Below are positions 57,732-57,742 of a DNA stretch of 57,742 nt, one piece after another (the first letter of the stretch is position 1; each line of letters begins with the position of its first letter). The position numbers were made by a program, and so were the translations under genes. Origin of the DNA: an archaeon (GTDB lineage: Archaea; Nanobdellota; Nanobdellia; Woesearchaeales; ARS49); assembly GCA_020051845.1 (NCBI GenBank), contig JAGVQG010000057.1, positions 1 through 57,742 on the forward strand, given 5' to 3'. The notes beneath the pieces were generated by a model. That model had not been told where the DNA came from, made no database searches, and saw only the letters and a list, made by a program, of their open reading frames with translations.

Positions 57732-57742
57732 TTTATGAAAAA

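Noticed and set aside
57657-57742. tRNA as integration site for the island
   Set aside because: I saw no duplicated tRNA 3' end and no integrase in the window

Overview
Archaeal chromosome segment, most consistent with a DPANN lineage such as Woesearchaeota. The evidence is a group II chaperonin, an archaeal GluRS, a NOG1 GTPase, a histone-fold protein, BRE/TATA promoters, class III signal peptides and tightly coupled genes. Housekeeping-type flanks (about 0.2-13.5 kb and 44.5-57.7 kb) enclose a roughly 31 kb accessory island (13.6-44.5 kb). On its minus strand the island encodes a 5693-aa secreted giant protein: a TPR-like/helical N-terminal half, a hydrophobic segment, then linker-separated modules resembling a CCA/poly(A)-polymerase NTase, two FHA domains, an HExxE motif and a SpoIIE-type PP2C. 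It also encodes a 1271-aa secreted multi-domain protein (HipA/PI3K-like kinase motifs, HExxH, His-rich tip), two paralogous pilin-like proteins, two paralogous Cys-rich membrane proteins and small HTH/RHH regulators. Interleaved on the plus strand are four solo cytoplasmic enzymes (a compact RtcB, two ChaN/EreA/TIKI-like paralogues and a metallophosphoesterase) that share a ~30-bp extended promoter. Other notable items: bacterial-type LpxA-like and Lgt genes, a 53-aa short histone missed by the ORF track, a possible stand-alone AglB C-terminal domain, two toxin-antitoxin pairs with operators, three mosaic GNVGIGT-repeat fibre proteins and tRNA-Lys(CTT). All domain calls come from reading motifs by eye; no searches were run.
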